Shown here piece after piece: positions 1-14,637 of a stretch of DNA of 64,000 nucleotides. The position numbers and the translations under genes are program-made. Under the pieces are notes generated by a model. The model was not told where the DNA came from and made no database searches. It saw only the letters and a program-made list of their open reading frames with translations. Each line of letters opens with the position of its first letter. The stretch's first letter is position 1. The stretch comes from the human T2T-CHM13v2.0 reference genome, Homo sapiens. The stretch is from NCBI RefSeq assembly GCF_009914755.1, contig NC_060927.1; one strand, given 5' to 3'.

Positions 1-449
1 GCCAAACCGGGAAGTTATAAAATACAAGCAAGCCTTGTCATACAGTTTTTGAGTCAGAAAATATATTCATGTCACCTAGTATCATTATAGCTTTCTATCA
101 CTTATGATGGCAAAAATAAGTATATCTGATTCTAATAAGAATATGAAGAATCAAAAAAATGGAAAAATATTGAAGGGAAAAAGACGTAATTCTACCAGAA
201 AAATCACGACAAAACATCTAACAAAATAACATATTTAAATAATAAAGAACCCCTTTTTTAAAAAGCAGATTGATGATGATTATATCTATAATTATGTCAG
301 GGGAGGCATAAAATAGGCATATTTGTAGAGCTGTGATTAGTATAAACAGGGCTGGGTATGAGCTGAGTCATCTCCTTGCCACTGTATTAAAACTACAAAA
401 TAATAATTCCAAGTTTAATACTTCAAAATGATTTATTAACTAGGTTTCA

Positions 450-1180
450 TAATCACCAAAGGTAACTTATTTCCATGTTAAACTACTCTTTATTCAGAAA
501 GTTGTCTTTAATATTTAAACTAAGTTGTAACTATTGTAGTTCAAGCCCAATCCACTCAGCTCCAAGTGTCTAGTGGGAATCACAGTTCCCTTCTCTCATT
601 TGTAGTATCTCTTTCCTAGGTGTAAATAGTTACTCTGCTTCTCTGTTATCTTTCCTTCTGTCTGAGCATGCCTGGTTCCCTTAATGTTTCCTTATAGATC
701 TCATTTTCCAGGGCTTTTATCATTTTTGTTGCTCTCTTCTGAACTGATTTAAACTTATCTATGATTCTTTTTCAACTGAGGAACAAACACTAAACACAGT
801 TATCCAATTGAGGCCTAAAGTGTGCTTGTAGAACAAAATAATTACCTCTCATTTTATCCACGTTCTCCCTATTAATATACCCCAAAGCAGTGTCTGGGAT
901 TTTATATGACACCATTGTATTGTTGACTTATTGTCAATTTATCTTTCATTATAGCTTATATCTCCATCCCCGTGGAACAATTGTTTGTGCGGTTTATATT
1001 TGTTTTTATTGAATCCTATTTTATTGATTTCAGCCCCACATTCTATTTATCAAGATGGTTGTTTGTAATACTAACCTCTAATTTGCCTCCAACAGTACAT
1101 GATCCCCAAGTTCTTAACTGTGTAAATGATTAGCATACTTTCTGTTTTATCTCACCAAATCTCTGAGTACACAGCTGAAT
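450..1180 (-). mobile_element. CR1/L3 LINE fragment (ancient)
   Basis: Degenerate match to the antisense L3 ORF2 3' region (e.g. catttttgttgctctcttctgaactg...aaacacagttatccaattgaggcct...ctattaatataccccaa); boundaries approximate. Confidence 0.6.
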
Positions 1181-1279
1181 GTGGGGTTTGTTTTTGTTTC
1201 GTTTTGTTTTTTTGACTAACAAAAAAAGTTGTGATAGAATTTAAAATATTTCCCCTTACTGCTTATAGTGCTAACCTCA

Positions 1280-1475
1280 AAAGCTATGATTTTGGGTGCC
1301 CATGATATTGCTGAGACTGTTTGCCATCATATTAATCCTTTAACAATATTCCTGAGGTCTGATTAACCCAATCTTACAGAGAAAAAGACTCTAAGGGCCA
1401 TAGATGTCCAGTAACTTTCTCAGCACGTAACTAGGAAGGAGAGGAGCTGGAACTTGAACTTGGTCTGTTTGGTCT
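1280..1475 (-). mobile_element. MIR SINE
   Basis: Antisense MIR core (cccaatcttacagagaaaaagact...gagctggaacttgaac). Confidence 0.6.
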
Positions 1476-2184
1476 TACCACCAAGTACTTTCCAGTACAC
1501 CTGTAAATAATTCAATTCAATTCACAACTAACAGCTTGTTATATTAATAAGTTTCTCACCCATTCTGCTATTACTGGACAGGATTTTATGAAAACCATGA
1601 CAGTGTTTTCACTCCAGGGAGTCTTCTTTTAGAAAGATGTTGTGGGTGCTATGAATGATGAGGCCATTGTTCCTGGGCACAGAGATGATTCCAGTGACAA
1701 AATTACTGTTTACTATGTGAAAGCCATGGTATCTGAAAGCCTAACAAATAGAGTTGATCATAGGTTGTTCCCGCTCCTTTTGCTATATTAAAAAACCATT
1801 CCAACTAAGGCAATATGATAATTAACTTGACTTCTATTTGTTTCTTTGTATCAAAGTGATTGAATCCAAACACTATCCATCCAAATCACTGGCCTAAGTC
1901 AATGGTTGCTAAATGAGGTGCTAAGACTCTGCTGAGTATTTTAAAAGTTCCTAAAGGATGCTGTAGATTTTAGTATACTAGAATGTAAAAAGTACAATGC
2001 ATGTTTAATTAAGACTTTATGAGCTGACTGTGTGACTTGCCCACATCAGCAACTTAGCCCTGATCTCTTGAAATCCAAAGTGCATATATACTCACTTAGC
2101 TGGTGATTGCTGAATTCAGCTGCTTCATGGATTGCATACAGCAGGTCTGTTTTGCAAAATGGGCTTGTTCATAAGGTTAATATT

Positions 2185-2550
2185 TGCATTAGTCCATTTT
2201 CACGCTGCTGATAAAGACATACCTGAGACTGGGAAATTTATAAAGAAAAAGAGGTTTAATGGACTCACAGTTCCACTTGGCTGGGGAGGCCTCACAATCA
2301 TGGCAGAAGGTGAAAGGCACATCTTACATAGTGGCAGGCAAGAGAGAATGACAGCCAAGCAAAACAGGAAATCCCTTTTCAAGCCATCAGATCTGGTGAG
2401 ACTTATTGTCTACCAGGAGAACAGTATGGGGGAAACCACCCCCATGATTCAATTATCTCCCATGGGGTCCCTCCCACAACACGTGGGAATTATGGGAGCT
2501 ACATACAATTCAAGATGAGATTTGGGTGGAGAAACAGCCAAACCATATCA
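2185..2550 (-). mobile_element. THE1 (MaLR) solo LTR, THE1B/C-like
   Basis: Termini tgcattagtcc...aaaccatatca are the reverse complement of THE1 LTR ends; perfect 5-bp TSD atatt at 2180-2184 and 2551-2555. Confidence 0.93.
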
Positions 2551-3565
2551 ATATTAATATGCCTATTTCTTAATGTAAAACAAATTGTAAGGGACAAGAA
2601 CAAATAATGGATGATGCTAATAACATCTTATTAAAATTGGAGAGTTTAGGTAATTTAAAATAATTATCAAGAATACATGGGTTTGCTGTTCTAGGATAGT
2701 TGCCTAGTAATGAGTTTCCCTTAGTATCTGCAAGTATTTTATCCTTTCCTTAAATGCATTAAAATGTGTCAAACAGTTTGGTTTTCAATAGACAGAGGAG
2801 AAAATTATCTACTAAATTTAACTACTTTCTGGCAGATCAATTAAGAAGATATTAAGTTCTGAGTTCAGATTTTGTTAAAAGTGTGCATTAGTTGATGGTG
2901 AAATATAAAGACACTGAGTTCAAGATCACTAACAAGGAGCTTGAGAAGTAGAAGAAGGCTGAAGAGTATAATCATATATCATGCAGATGTTGGCTAGCTT
3001 AGGGGTACTGTCCAGGAAGAGGAATTCTCTGCTGGTACTGGAGCCTCATCCCTTGATTGCCTAGGTGCAAGGTTTGGGCATATACATCCTTCGTGTCTGA
3101 GAAGATGTTACTCCTCAAAGACTTGGGAGTAGTTTACACATAAATGAGAGGATTAAAAAAGGCACAATAGAGGGGAAATAATTTTCCTCTTATTTATTTT
3201 CTGAATACCTCCCTACCTATTTCCTTCTTGTTATATGAGGTTTATTCTCTTCAGTAATAAACAATTTAAAAAAAAACACTCAAAGCAGATATTGTAAATT
3301 CACAGTATTAATGTTTTTAATTTATATTAAAACATACAAAAATAGGTTTCTAATAGGTAGACTAATATTCTTTCTGGCTTAAAAATTGTTCCTCATTTAA
3401 TAATGTTTGATCACACTGAGATTATACTTTATTTTTCTGTTTGCATCATCTCTTTCTTAGTTTTATCTTTCCTTCATACCTTTCTCTTACATCAGATTTT
3501 TCATCTTAGTCTTTCAGGAATTTGTTTGTTTATTTGCAGTTTGTACAAGAGAACACATTAGAAAA

Positions 3566-4197
3566 CGTAGGGCTCAGAACCCACTACCCCAAAGTATGAT
3601 ACTTTGGCATGCTGAGTATTTTAAACTGAAGGAGACTGGAAGACCTCAGAAGTGAGGTCTTTCTGATCTTCTCCAATCATGTCTCCTACCTCTCTCTCTC
3701 CCTGGAAGTGAAACATAGAAATCAGTATTTCTTTTCTCCAAGGCTGGTTACAGAAGCTAGAACTCATCTTCCCCAAAGCATGGCATAAAACCTAGAAAGG
3801 TAACTCTCTCCCTTTTCCCTTGAAGACCCTCATTGCAGGTGGTCAGTGCCTCATACCCAGAAGGAAGAAGTGCTACAGAGAGGCCAGAAAGAATCTGATC
3901 AGACGGGCCTAGCTGGGTTCACCCTCTTAGTTTATTACCATTAGATATACCCTTTTATCTAATCACATTTCTACATAGCTGTCCATTCTTCATAGAATCT
4001 AAGCATAAATGTGGACAGTTTTCCCTGGAATTTGGGTCTTCATTTCTAAAGGCTCTAGTGAGACATAAAATTTTGATTAATAAATTTGTTGTGCTTTTTT
4101 GTTGTTAAACTGTGTTTGGTTTATGAGAGTGTTGGATGAGGAACATTCACCCACTTACGATGGGTGAGAAAAAGTATCACACGTTTCTGCCCCTGCA
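3566..4197 (+). mobile_element. ERV1 solo LTR, MER34-family-like
   Basis: Starts (c)gtagggctcagaacccactaccccaaagtatg...ttggcatgctgagtattttaaactgaagg, has aataaa near 4079, ends cccctgca. Confidence 0.7.
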
Positions 4198-7100
4198 GGA
4201 CCAAAGTTATTACAAATATATTTTTAAATCTTAAAAACGGAATAGATTAATCCAGGAAATATCTATTGCTAATGCCAAAAATGGTTCCTTTGGCACCGTG
4301 CATGTAATTGTGTGCCAGAACCTGATGAAAGAGAAGTGATTGTTAAGAGAAGGAAGAAGGACTAATCAGAATTGAGTTAAATACTGGGAAAGATAGAAGT
4401 CAAGAGATGCTCGTCTAATAAAATGAGCAAAGCAGTTGCATCCAGGTAGCCCCAGTTAGAGTTATATTTTCATGAGAAGTTAGAAGAGTCAGACTAAGGA
4501 TACAGTTAGACTTGCCCACATTTAAGGTCTGTTTGGTTAATGAGTTAGATTTGTTGACTCCTCCCTTTTCAATTGTTTTCAAAAGAAAGTGGTTAAAAAT
4601 ATATAGTCTGCAAAAATGAAGTATTTGTTCCAACTGAAAAAAACTAAAGCAAATAATTCAGCTTTTTGTTCTATGTATCCACATGCACACAAACACACAC
4701 ATATTAAACACACAAAAAGTGAGAAATTTAGTTTTCAGAATTGCAGAAATGCCTAATAGGAATAACATTCTAAGGACCAGGAAGGCGCAGGATCTATTAA
4801 GTTAAAAACACTAACAATAAAAAAATATATAAAAAGGAAACAAAAACTAAAACACCTCAGCTACTTCATTTTGAGTCTTATGGAGAAAAACAACAAACAA
4901 AATTAATATTTAAAGTTAAAATTAAAATTTCCAAAATACATTCTTTGGGATGTTTTCAGCAAACAATGTAAAAAAATAAGCTTATTTCCAAATACAAACT
5001 TATTTATCATCTAATTCTATTCAATGGCAAATTGGTGTTACTGTTTTATTCGGTTTCACTGAGATTTTCAAGCGTGTTTAGAATTGAAAAGTGTTTTCTG
5101 TCTCTTAAGTGTGATGACAAAACATTAACTGATCATTTTTATTCTGTTGACAAGACAATCTACTTCATGGATTTATAAATTGCTCCAAGGCAAAGATAAT
5201 CATGTAATTTTCTTATCACAGCCAATGTTAATAATTTATTATTAACATTATTTTTAATTTGAATACAAGTGGAAGGCATCCCAAAGAAGGGAATATTGTA
5301 TAATATTCAGAAAAAAATCTTAACTTCATAAAAAGTGAAAAGTCACTATTCTGTCTTTGGATTTTTTTTTTTTTTTTTTGAGCTAAAGAAAGATTCAACA
5401 GAGCATTTGCTAGCTCATATTCAGTTCCTTTGCTTTCCATTTCAATTAAAGATTTATTTTCTATTTGTCAAGTTTTAAGAAAAATTAACTGGCAGTATGT
5501 TGATGAAATGTGTTTCACTAATCATCTACTCTCAGAAACAGTGGAAAATTTTCTTTAATAGGTGATTTATTTTGGTGATACCAACTTTATTCTAATTTTG
5601 AAGCTAACTGGACACTCCACTTATGTATTGACATGTTTAACTAATTACATCAAATCACGCTATGCAAGAAAATTAATACACATTCCATTAGTAGGAATGA
5701 ATACTTACTTAAAGATCAGGCCTGGCCACCTTACAACTCCAAAAGTTTGGGAAGTACACAAGATAAAATTGATATCTTTTTTTTAAAGAAAGGAATGTCA
5801 ACAGATAAAAACAGATCAAGTAGGTACCAGAATATCATCAAAATGTCACTTAGCAAAAATCTAGTTTCATTGGGAATATTCAATATTGTACAAATCTTCA
5901 AATAAAAGATAATTGCTAATCATACAGTGACTTATGAAAACATTTGTTACAGGATTCAATCTAAACAGATTTTATTATATCTATATCCGACAGATATAGT
6001 AATATTAATAAGAGCCAACTGTTGGAAATTGTACTGGATATTACAATATTGTTACACAGAAATGGTTATTGAACAATATTCGTTAAAATGGGAGTTTATA
6101 CTAGTTGCAATTAACTCCCACCATTGGAAATGCATATTTATTTTAAAATATCCCAAAAATACACACACAAAAACCTTAATGCATACATAAATAAATCTTA
6201 CTTCTTAGATATTTGAATCATTTTAATTAGCCTTACTTTTGAGAATATTTCATTTTGAGGCCAGAGAATTGAAGTTTGTCCTTAACATTAATCTAACTGC
6301 TACTTAAGTGATTCTCATTTAGACTGTAGCTCTTTCAATACAAAGGCCTAACTCCTTTTAAAGTTCTTTCCTAGATCTCCTTCCCTGAATAACATAAATA
6401 ATGTTGAGTATTTGTTGAATTGTATCTAACAAATATCTGGAATCACACCATCTTCCATTTATAATGAGAAGTTAGGTCTGTCAGATAAAAAACATAATTT
6501 TATGCTAAAACAGCAACAAAATAATGTATTTTGACATTTATTTCAGCATATACCAGCTGTGTTTTTTTGAGACACATACAAATGTCCTCCAAAATCGCCA
6601 TTTATAAATCCAGGTTTTTAAACAAAAATATTTTTTCTTATGAAAGGCATTTGTAAATCTCAAGGAAAGATAAAATGTACTCTAGTCTTTGACAACTTGG
6701 TTTGTTGTTATTGGTAGCCTATGGTTAGTTTGTACTTACTAGAGTCCCTTAACGTTGGATATCAGGAACGGATACTCTTATTCAGGAGGAATTGTCTGGT
6801 ACAAATGGCCAACTGTGTATCTTTAGCTGTCAACACAAAACACTGGCAAAGCATGTGATATAGCAAAGCATGAATATCCCAGTAGATATGGTTATTTATG
6901 TTTCTAGAAATAACCAAAACCAGACAATGAGCGCCTGCATTTGTAGACCTAAATGGGAATTTGCTTCCTTATCAGGCGTAGTGATAAAAAAGTCCTGTTG
7001 TTTTGTGGGTGTCTTGAATACTGCCTGAGACTGGAATTTGATAGTGGGCACATTACACCTCTATAATCATTTCCGACATCCAGCTATGCCTCTCTGTGAA

Positions 7101-7599
7101 ATAAACCACAAAAATTGGGCACTTTTCTGAAGACAATAATAGTAGCTGAGTTTTCTACAAAATCAGAACATATTTAGTTTTTTCAGTAAAAAGCATAACA
7201 GATATAAGGCTTGCTTTGAAAATAAAGCGTTCCACCAGTAGAAGAAATAGATAGCTATCTTGTGCACCCAAAATAGAATTCTGTACACCTTCCTTGGAAC
7301 ATAGATGAGACTACTTTAAAGATGATGGCCCAGTGGAACTTAGCAGTTGATAGGCTAGGACCAACTGCTGAGTTGGTTTAACTGGCACAAACATTGGCAT
7401 AGAAAGAGCACACTACTATGTATTAAATCAATAAAGCAAGGTAGCAAAGAAATCAGGTCCATCCATAAATGTTCACTCTTTGTAGAATAGTGTCATATAA
7501 GTTCCTCGGTGGACTTGAGGTGTTTGAGGTCTGGGAAGCATCCCTAATCCTTCTCCTGCAATCTCCACCCTCCATGCAGCACCAAATCACAGGTGACCC

Positions 7600-8352
7600 T
7601 GGAGTCTGGCAACTTCTCTCCATATGACCTGCCAATATCTTAGTCGAAGATACTGTCATCTCTTGCCTACGATAGTCTTCTTTTTGGTCTCCTTTTGTCT
7701 ACTGGGCTCAATCTAATTCATCTTGTCCACTAAATCAGAAGATATTTTAAATCACAAACGAAATGATTACTCCTTCATCCTACCACCACCACACCCTTAA
7801 ATCATTCAATGGCTTTCCATTAGTCTTATGATAAAGACTAAAATCTTTGGAGGAGCCTTGGTGGTACTTTATAGTCTGACTCTGCCTCTCTCTTCATTCT
7901 TATCTTAACCCACATACCCTCTGGCTCTCAGGATGGCAGGAATGCCAGGCATCTTTCTGTGACAGAAATGTCCCACATTGTCCATGCTGTTTCCCCTGCT
8001 TAGAATGCTTCCTGCCCACCTCCTTTCCCTAGCGAAGTCCTGTTCATTAGCATTTGATCATTCATTTCCTTAGGGAAATCTTTCCCAACCTCCATATTAT
8101 GTACCGTGCTATGAATTCTTACAGTACTACATTGCCCTCTTTTTGAAAGCATGTAACTCCATTTGAAATAATGAATTCATTAGTGTGATTATTTAATTAA
8201 TGTCTGCTTTCCTCTTGGACTACACTTTTCATGATAGAAGGAATGTGGCTATTTTTGCCCAGTACTCTGTCCTTGGGACAAGGCAGAAAGTCTGTCACCT
8301 AGCACTAGCTCCAGAAATACAGTTGTTGGATGAATGGAAGAATTAACGAATG
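7600..8352 (+). mobile_element. L2 LINE 3' portion
   Basis: L2-typical text (ttcaatggctttccatt, catgctgtttcccctgcttagaatgc) ending in ttgttggatgaatggaagaattaacgaatga. Confidence 0.7.
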
Positions 8353-9310
8353 AGACTCTGGGTCTCTTTCACAGAAGTGAGGATGAACAGTGAGCAAACT
8401 ATACACAGATTTTTGCCTATCTTTTTAGCCTGTATCAGTGTTTTAAGTAGTTTGCTGGGGTTACCTATTTAATTTGAATACATTAATATTTATGAGGTAA
8501 ATATAATAAGTATCTCTATTAATCTAAACTGAGTATACCGAACTCTTGATTTTTTTCCTCTCACTATTACCTTCTAGAAGGTCAGCTGGTCTAACCAACT
8601 AAGCTCATTTACTATAGCCGATATCTACTATCTTGAGAAAGATGTGGATATTTCTAATGCACATCCAATCACTTGCTGGTGGTATAATGATTTTTGTGTT
8701 TATATATCTCTCCTAATTCCAAAATGCCTGTATATTTATTGTGTCATTATCTGAAAATATCCAGTGTGGTAGATGTGTATGGGTATTATCCCCATTTTAC
8801 TGCTGGAGAAAAGGTAAAACATTTTGGAGGGCAGCTTGTCATATGATACACTGTTTGTTTTTGTGGGGTTTTTGTTTGTTTCTCCCTACCATGCAATCCA
8901 ACAATGAACTCACAAAGGTTGCTGTACAACAGAACATTTGCCTAGGATATCATCACCTAGCTTTATAGGAATGTGAAGAAGTTGAAGAATTAAGGTAATA
9001 GGAAGCAGAACTATCTGCGCTTTTTGGTAGCTTAGGAAAGTAACCAAGGAGCTGACTTACTGTTAAATGAAAGAAAGCCAAGCTGTAGCAATGTGAGTCA
9101 AAGTTCTGAGCTAGGGGATCCCAGGAAATAGAGGCCAGTATTGGGAAAATATAGTAAGGGCACATCAATTGTTGATTCTAAGTGTTTAAAATTCATTCTG
9201 CCATATTACTAAGCTCTTTTTTCTTTCAAGGAAGAGTCTTATCAGTAGAAATATTAGCCATGCCTTCATAGTCCTTATATCTTACTAATGTGCATCTATT
9301 TGCTATCTAC

Positions 9311-10338
9311 TGTTGACAAAAAATGCCAAACCTGGTAAAACATTTAAACAAGTTTATTCTGAGCCTCATATTTGAGTGACCATGGCTCATGACACAGCCT
9401 AGGGAGGTCCTGAGAACATGTGCCCAGGTGGTTGGGTTACAGCTTGGTTTTACACATTTTAGAGAGACACAAGTTACAGGCAAAGACATAAGTCAATATG
9501 TATATGTATATATTGGTTCAGCCCAGAATGGCAGAATACCTAGAAGCTGGGGGTGGTGGGAAGGAGCTTCCAGGTCATAGGTGGCTTCAAAGATTTCCTG
9601 ATTGGCAATTGGTAGAAAGAGTTATGCTTTGCAGGAAGAGTTGAAGTCATCATAAAGAAATGCTTGAGTTAAAATACGGGTGATTGTGAAAGCCAAGGTT
9701 CTTGTTATATAGAAGAAGCCTCTAATTAACAGGCTTTACAGATAATAGATGGTAAATGTCTCTTACCTGACCTTAAAAGATGTCAGACTCTCTGGAAAAG
9801 ACCTACCAAGGAAAGGAAAGTTTACTATGTGTCAGGATGTCCTAGTTAGTTTATTTTATTGAATTCTCATTAACAACAACAAAATGAAGAAGAAAGCAGA
9901 AGTGAAGCTTTTGAAGCTTAAGCTGCCAGGTCCTTGCTTGTACTGCCTCCTTCACAACCCCAAACCCCCACATTTCCCCAAGAGATGGCTTTGCAGGGCC
10001 ATTTCAAAATCTGTCAAAGAAAATATATTTTAAGGTAAAATACTTTGATTTCCTTCAGGGCCTGCTTTCCGTCATGTGATGCTATACCAGAGTCAGGTTA
10101 GAGCTGAGTATCTTATCACTACAAAGAATCTGTTTTGTCTCTTATGATCTCTATTTTAATGTTAAATCTGGTCAGTTGTGCCCAAACTCCAAAAGGAGGA
10201 GAATAGAGTGAGGCAGGTCCATTGCCCCCCTTCACATCATGGCCTGAACCAGTTTTTCATGTTTCTTTGGGATCCCCTTGGCCAAGATGGGTTCTTTCAG
10301 TTGACTGGGGGGTATTAGAATCTTATATTTGGTTCACA
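9311..10338 (-). mobile_element. MER4-family ERV1 solo LTR interrupted by a foreign insert at about 9820-9968
   Basis: tgttgacaaaa...gtcctgagaacatgtgcccaggtggtt...tcttatatttggttcaca; near-TSD ctac (9307-9310) / ctgc (10339-10342). Confidence 0.85.
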
Positions 10339-10487
10339 CTGCCATGCAATGTAATGGTTAAAATCATAATTTCTAGGGTTACATGATCAGGGTCCAGAAC
10401 ATTTCTTCATCTGTTCCTAGTTCTTGTTAACTTGAATTCAATGTTTCAGTTTCTTCATCTGTAAAACAGGGATTCTAAGTATAGTTT

Positions 10488-11005
<518 letters not shown>

Positions 11006-11269
11006 TTGCTTTCTTCTTCATTTTGTTGTTGTTAATGAGAATTCAATAAAATAAACTATGCAGCACATCCTGACACACAGTAAACACTTCTAAGTACGAG
11101 TCTTCATCCTCATTATTACTTTTACTATAACATACAAATGCTTAAAGAGTAAATAATTTCTATTTTTGATTCATAAAATTTTAATTTTATTCTTTTGAGG
11201 CTACCTGCTGGAGAGAACTAAAGTTATTAGTGAAAGAGTGGTGCATGTTAAGGAATGAGCTTCTTTGTT

Positions 11270-12400
11270 CTTTTGTTTACAGAACAAAGTATATCAAGCA
11301 GCTACTATGCTCCAGGCAAGGAATAGGGAGGGGAGGGACATACAAATGAAAAATTCAAAACAAATTTAAAGATGCATAATAACAAATGTGTGTGAGTGCC
11401 ATGGAGCTAATAAGAGGATGCTAGTATAGAGAATAATGGGGAGAGACACTAATTGGCCCAGATGCAGAGAGACACTAATTGGCTCAGATAGTAAAGGGAG
11501 ACCTGGCTGGAGGAGATAATCATTAAGTGGGAATTTGAATATTATAACAGATCCTGTAATCACCTGACCACTGCACAGACAAAATCAGTTCACTGAGACT
11601 GTGGTACTGCAGTAAAGAAAGAGTTTAATTAATGCGAGGCTTGCCATGTGAGAGAACTGGAGTTATCACTCAAATCAGTCTCCCCAAAGGCTGAGAGCTT
11701 AGGGTTTCTCAAGAGCAATGGGCTAGAGAATGGGTGTTGCTGATTGGTTGGGGATGAAATCATAGGTGTGTGGAAAACATCCCTCATGCATTGAGTCTGC
11801 CTCTGGATGAGGGGGCACAGGACCAGTTGAGTCATGAGTCACAAGTCCTGTTGGCATCAGTTGGTTGCCAGAAAGCCTAAAAAAAAAAATCTCAAAAGGC
11901 TAATCTTAGGTTCCATAATAATGATATTATCTGTGGGAGCAGTTAGGGAAGTCACAAATCTTGTGATCTTTGGCCACATGACTCCAAAGCAGTAAGGTAT
12001 TATGCCTACATCTTAGCAGAATTCAGGCCCCTCCAATTCTCCAATTATCTTAATCTCATGGCCTTTCATTCGTTTTCAGTCCCTGAGCAAGGAGGGTTTT
12101 AGTTTTAGGGAGAAACTATTATTATCCTTGCTTCCATGTTACACTATCAACTAAATTCCTCCCATAGTTAGCTTAGCTTATGCCTAGGAAGAAGCAAAGC
12201 CCAGCCAGCCTCTGAGGATGGAAGCCACATGGAGTCTGCTGTGTTCAATTCCTCTCACTGCTATTATCTTTGCAAAAGCAGTTTCAATGCCCTGAAGAGA
12301 CGCTGGGAATAGCATTCCAGACCAAAAAAAAGTCATGTGTGAAGGCTCTACTAGAAAGAACATGACACATTCTAGGAATCTAGGCACCATAAATAGGCCA
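11270..12400 (-). mobile_element. L2 fragment split by the LTR8 insertion
   Basis: Antisense L2-like sequence on both sides of the LTR (ctactatgctccaggc...; gggaatagcattccag...gtgtgaaggc). Confidence 0.5.
11555..12286 (-). mobile_element. LTR8-family ERV1 solo LTR (LTR8A/B-like)
   Basis: Reverse complement starts tgaaactgcttttgcaaagataat; near-TSD atcc/atgc; tandem AP-1 tgagtcatgagtca at 11828-11841. Confidence 0.82.
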
Positions 12401-13184
12401 CATGTTACAAGAATGATATGAGAGCCAGTGACTAATTGATCATAAATGCTTTAGTGAGATAAATTCCTAAAGGAACAAATAACAGATTTTGATGGAGTCA
12501 AACACCTAAAGCTTGGATTTGCTGCTGGAAAAACATCTTCCTCTATATTACTATGAGCTCTTAGCATAGAATTGCCTTACTTTACCTCTTCTGCTGGCTT
12601 ATGGAAGCAAGCTTGGAAAAGTCCAGGGCCTAGTGTGCTAATCTCTTTCTGTCTCAGACAGACATATTAAAATGAACTAGATTAAGTAATACCTAATGAG
12701 CACCCTTAAGTGTAAAATAATAGTTGCTTTAAAATAATTTTTAAAAAATAAACTATATTGTCAACATTAAATTAAGGGCAGAAAAATGTATTAAAGTTCT
12801 AAAACTACAGAATGAATAATTGAAATATTCTAACCTAGAAGAGTAAAAAATTGGTGAATGTCATTAAAGGTTTCTAACAGAAGATCCACTTAGGAAGAGA
12901 AGTGGGATACAAATTGCTAGTAAGAAAAGGAAGAGGGGGAATAGAATATACGTATGTTTAAAACTTCCAACATCCTTTTCCTAGCCCCTGATCTATGCAA
13001 AATGAAGTCTTACTAAGTCTCAAAACAGTATTCTTTACATTTCATTTTCTTTCTTTTTCAATCATTGTTTTTGAGAAAATCCTAAACCAAAGCAAAAAAG
13101 AGAGAATCTGCCAGTGAAGCAGCTGAAGTTTCAGGAAATAACTAAACCATCCCATGCTCACCCCAAAAAGTATTCATTTGACTC

Positions 13185-13511
13185 TTTTTTTTTCTTTTTT
13201 TTTTTTTTGTAAGACAGGTCTTGCTCTGTCACCAAGGCTAGAGTTTGGTGGCAAGATCATACTTCACTGTAACCTGGAACTTCTGGGCCCAGGTGATACT
13301 CCTGCCTCAGCCTCCTGAGTACCTAGGACTATAGGCTCATGCCACTGCACCAGGAATTTTATTTATTTATTTATTTTTATTTTTTTAGAGATGTGGTCTT
13401 CCTATCTTGCTCACGCTGGTCTCAAACTCCTAGCCTCAAGCAATCCTCCCACCTTGGCCTCAGCCTCCCAACATGTTGGGATTACAGGTGTGAGCTATAC
13501 CACTCCTGGCC
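13185..13511 (-). mobile_element. AluJ
   Basis: Poly(T) plus a diverged Alu dimer with J-type ctcctagcctcaagcaatcctccc. Confidence 0.92.
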
Positions 13512-14255
13512 CCTAGGAGCTAATTTCATCTTGATGTGAAGAGTAAAGTTGCTATGTATTTTTGTGGAGGCAGCCAGTTAATGCTTGTTAAACAAACAAC
13601 AACAACAACAACAAAAAACAATATATACAAAGGCACCTACAGAAAATCTCATTTCAGACATCCCTATCAATATAAATAGTATCACCATGGCAAGCAAGTG
13701 CATTGTTCATGTGTGTCCCAGTGTTACTTTGATGATCTATTAAATCATCAAGTATATTTTTGTGCCATATGAAAAATACACATCTTTCCTGTTAACTCTT
13801 GCATTCGATCAATTGTAAGATTTACCCAAAAGGGTCTAACTGTCCACAAAATTGTCCCTGCCTTTTATCATTTTTGCTTTCTTTCAGGGTTCATTCTTCC
13901 AAGTTGTTAAAGGGTGTCAGTTAGATTGCAACAGAGGTTGCAACTCTCATTAATCCAGGAATCACATAAAAGTATTCTCAATTTCTACCACTGCCTCCAG
14001 TTAGAAGCCTTTCTGACTATTGATGCCTGTAACTATGTAAATGTGCGTGATTTAGGGGAATTGCTAACCTGGCCATATCTATCAGGCTGACTTGAGAAAG
14101 GGCACTGGAGCTATCTCAATAATGGCATGGTCTGGCTTTAAGGATTAAGGTTACTATTTTTCTGGGGAAGATTTCTCCCTAATGATACAATTCAAAGTGA
14201 AATTCTACTTGTTTCTTCATTTAAAATGAGACTAGAGTCTGTCTTTTCATCTCTC

Positions 14256-14288
14256 ATATAGATATAGATATAGATATAGATATAGATA
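14256..14288. repeat. (ATATAG)n microsatellite
   Basis: About 5.5 perfect hexamer units. Confidence 0.95.
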
Positions 14289-14602
14289 AAACAGTTCTTC
14301 AATAGATACTGAGTTAAACTACATACATTCCTATCTATCATCATTCCTAGGATGAGAACAACAGTGAAATGGATACTTATATCTCTGCATGATCTGTTTT
14401 GACCATGAAAACATGGCCACCTACACAAACCATTTGGTTCTTAATGAGCCATAATATCTGTACTGGGTAAATGAACACAAAAATAGTGGTTTAGAAACAA
14501 GCATTTCAAACAGTTGTGTTTGTATTGCCTAAGAGCCTCACAGGGCCTGTAGAGTTTATTATGAACATGTCATAGGTCTTACACTGGGATGAGGCTTTTG
14601 TG

Positions 14603-14637
14603 TTTTTTTTTTTTTTTTTTTTTTGTTTTTTTTTTTT
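14603..14637. repeat. Poly(T) tract
   Basis: Long T run with one G interruption. Confidence 0.9.

Noticed and set aside
2132-2518. 128-aa ORF
   Set aside because: Lies almost wholly in an antisense THE1 LTR and has a non-ATG start
1931-3625. 15-bp match gctgagtattttaaa at 1931 and 3611
   Set aside because: Short, AT-rich and without extension; likely chance
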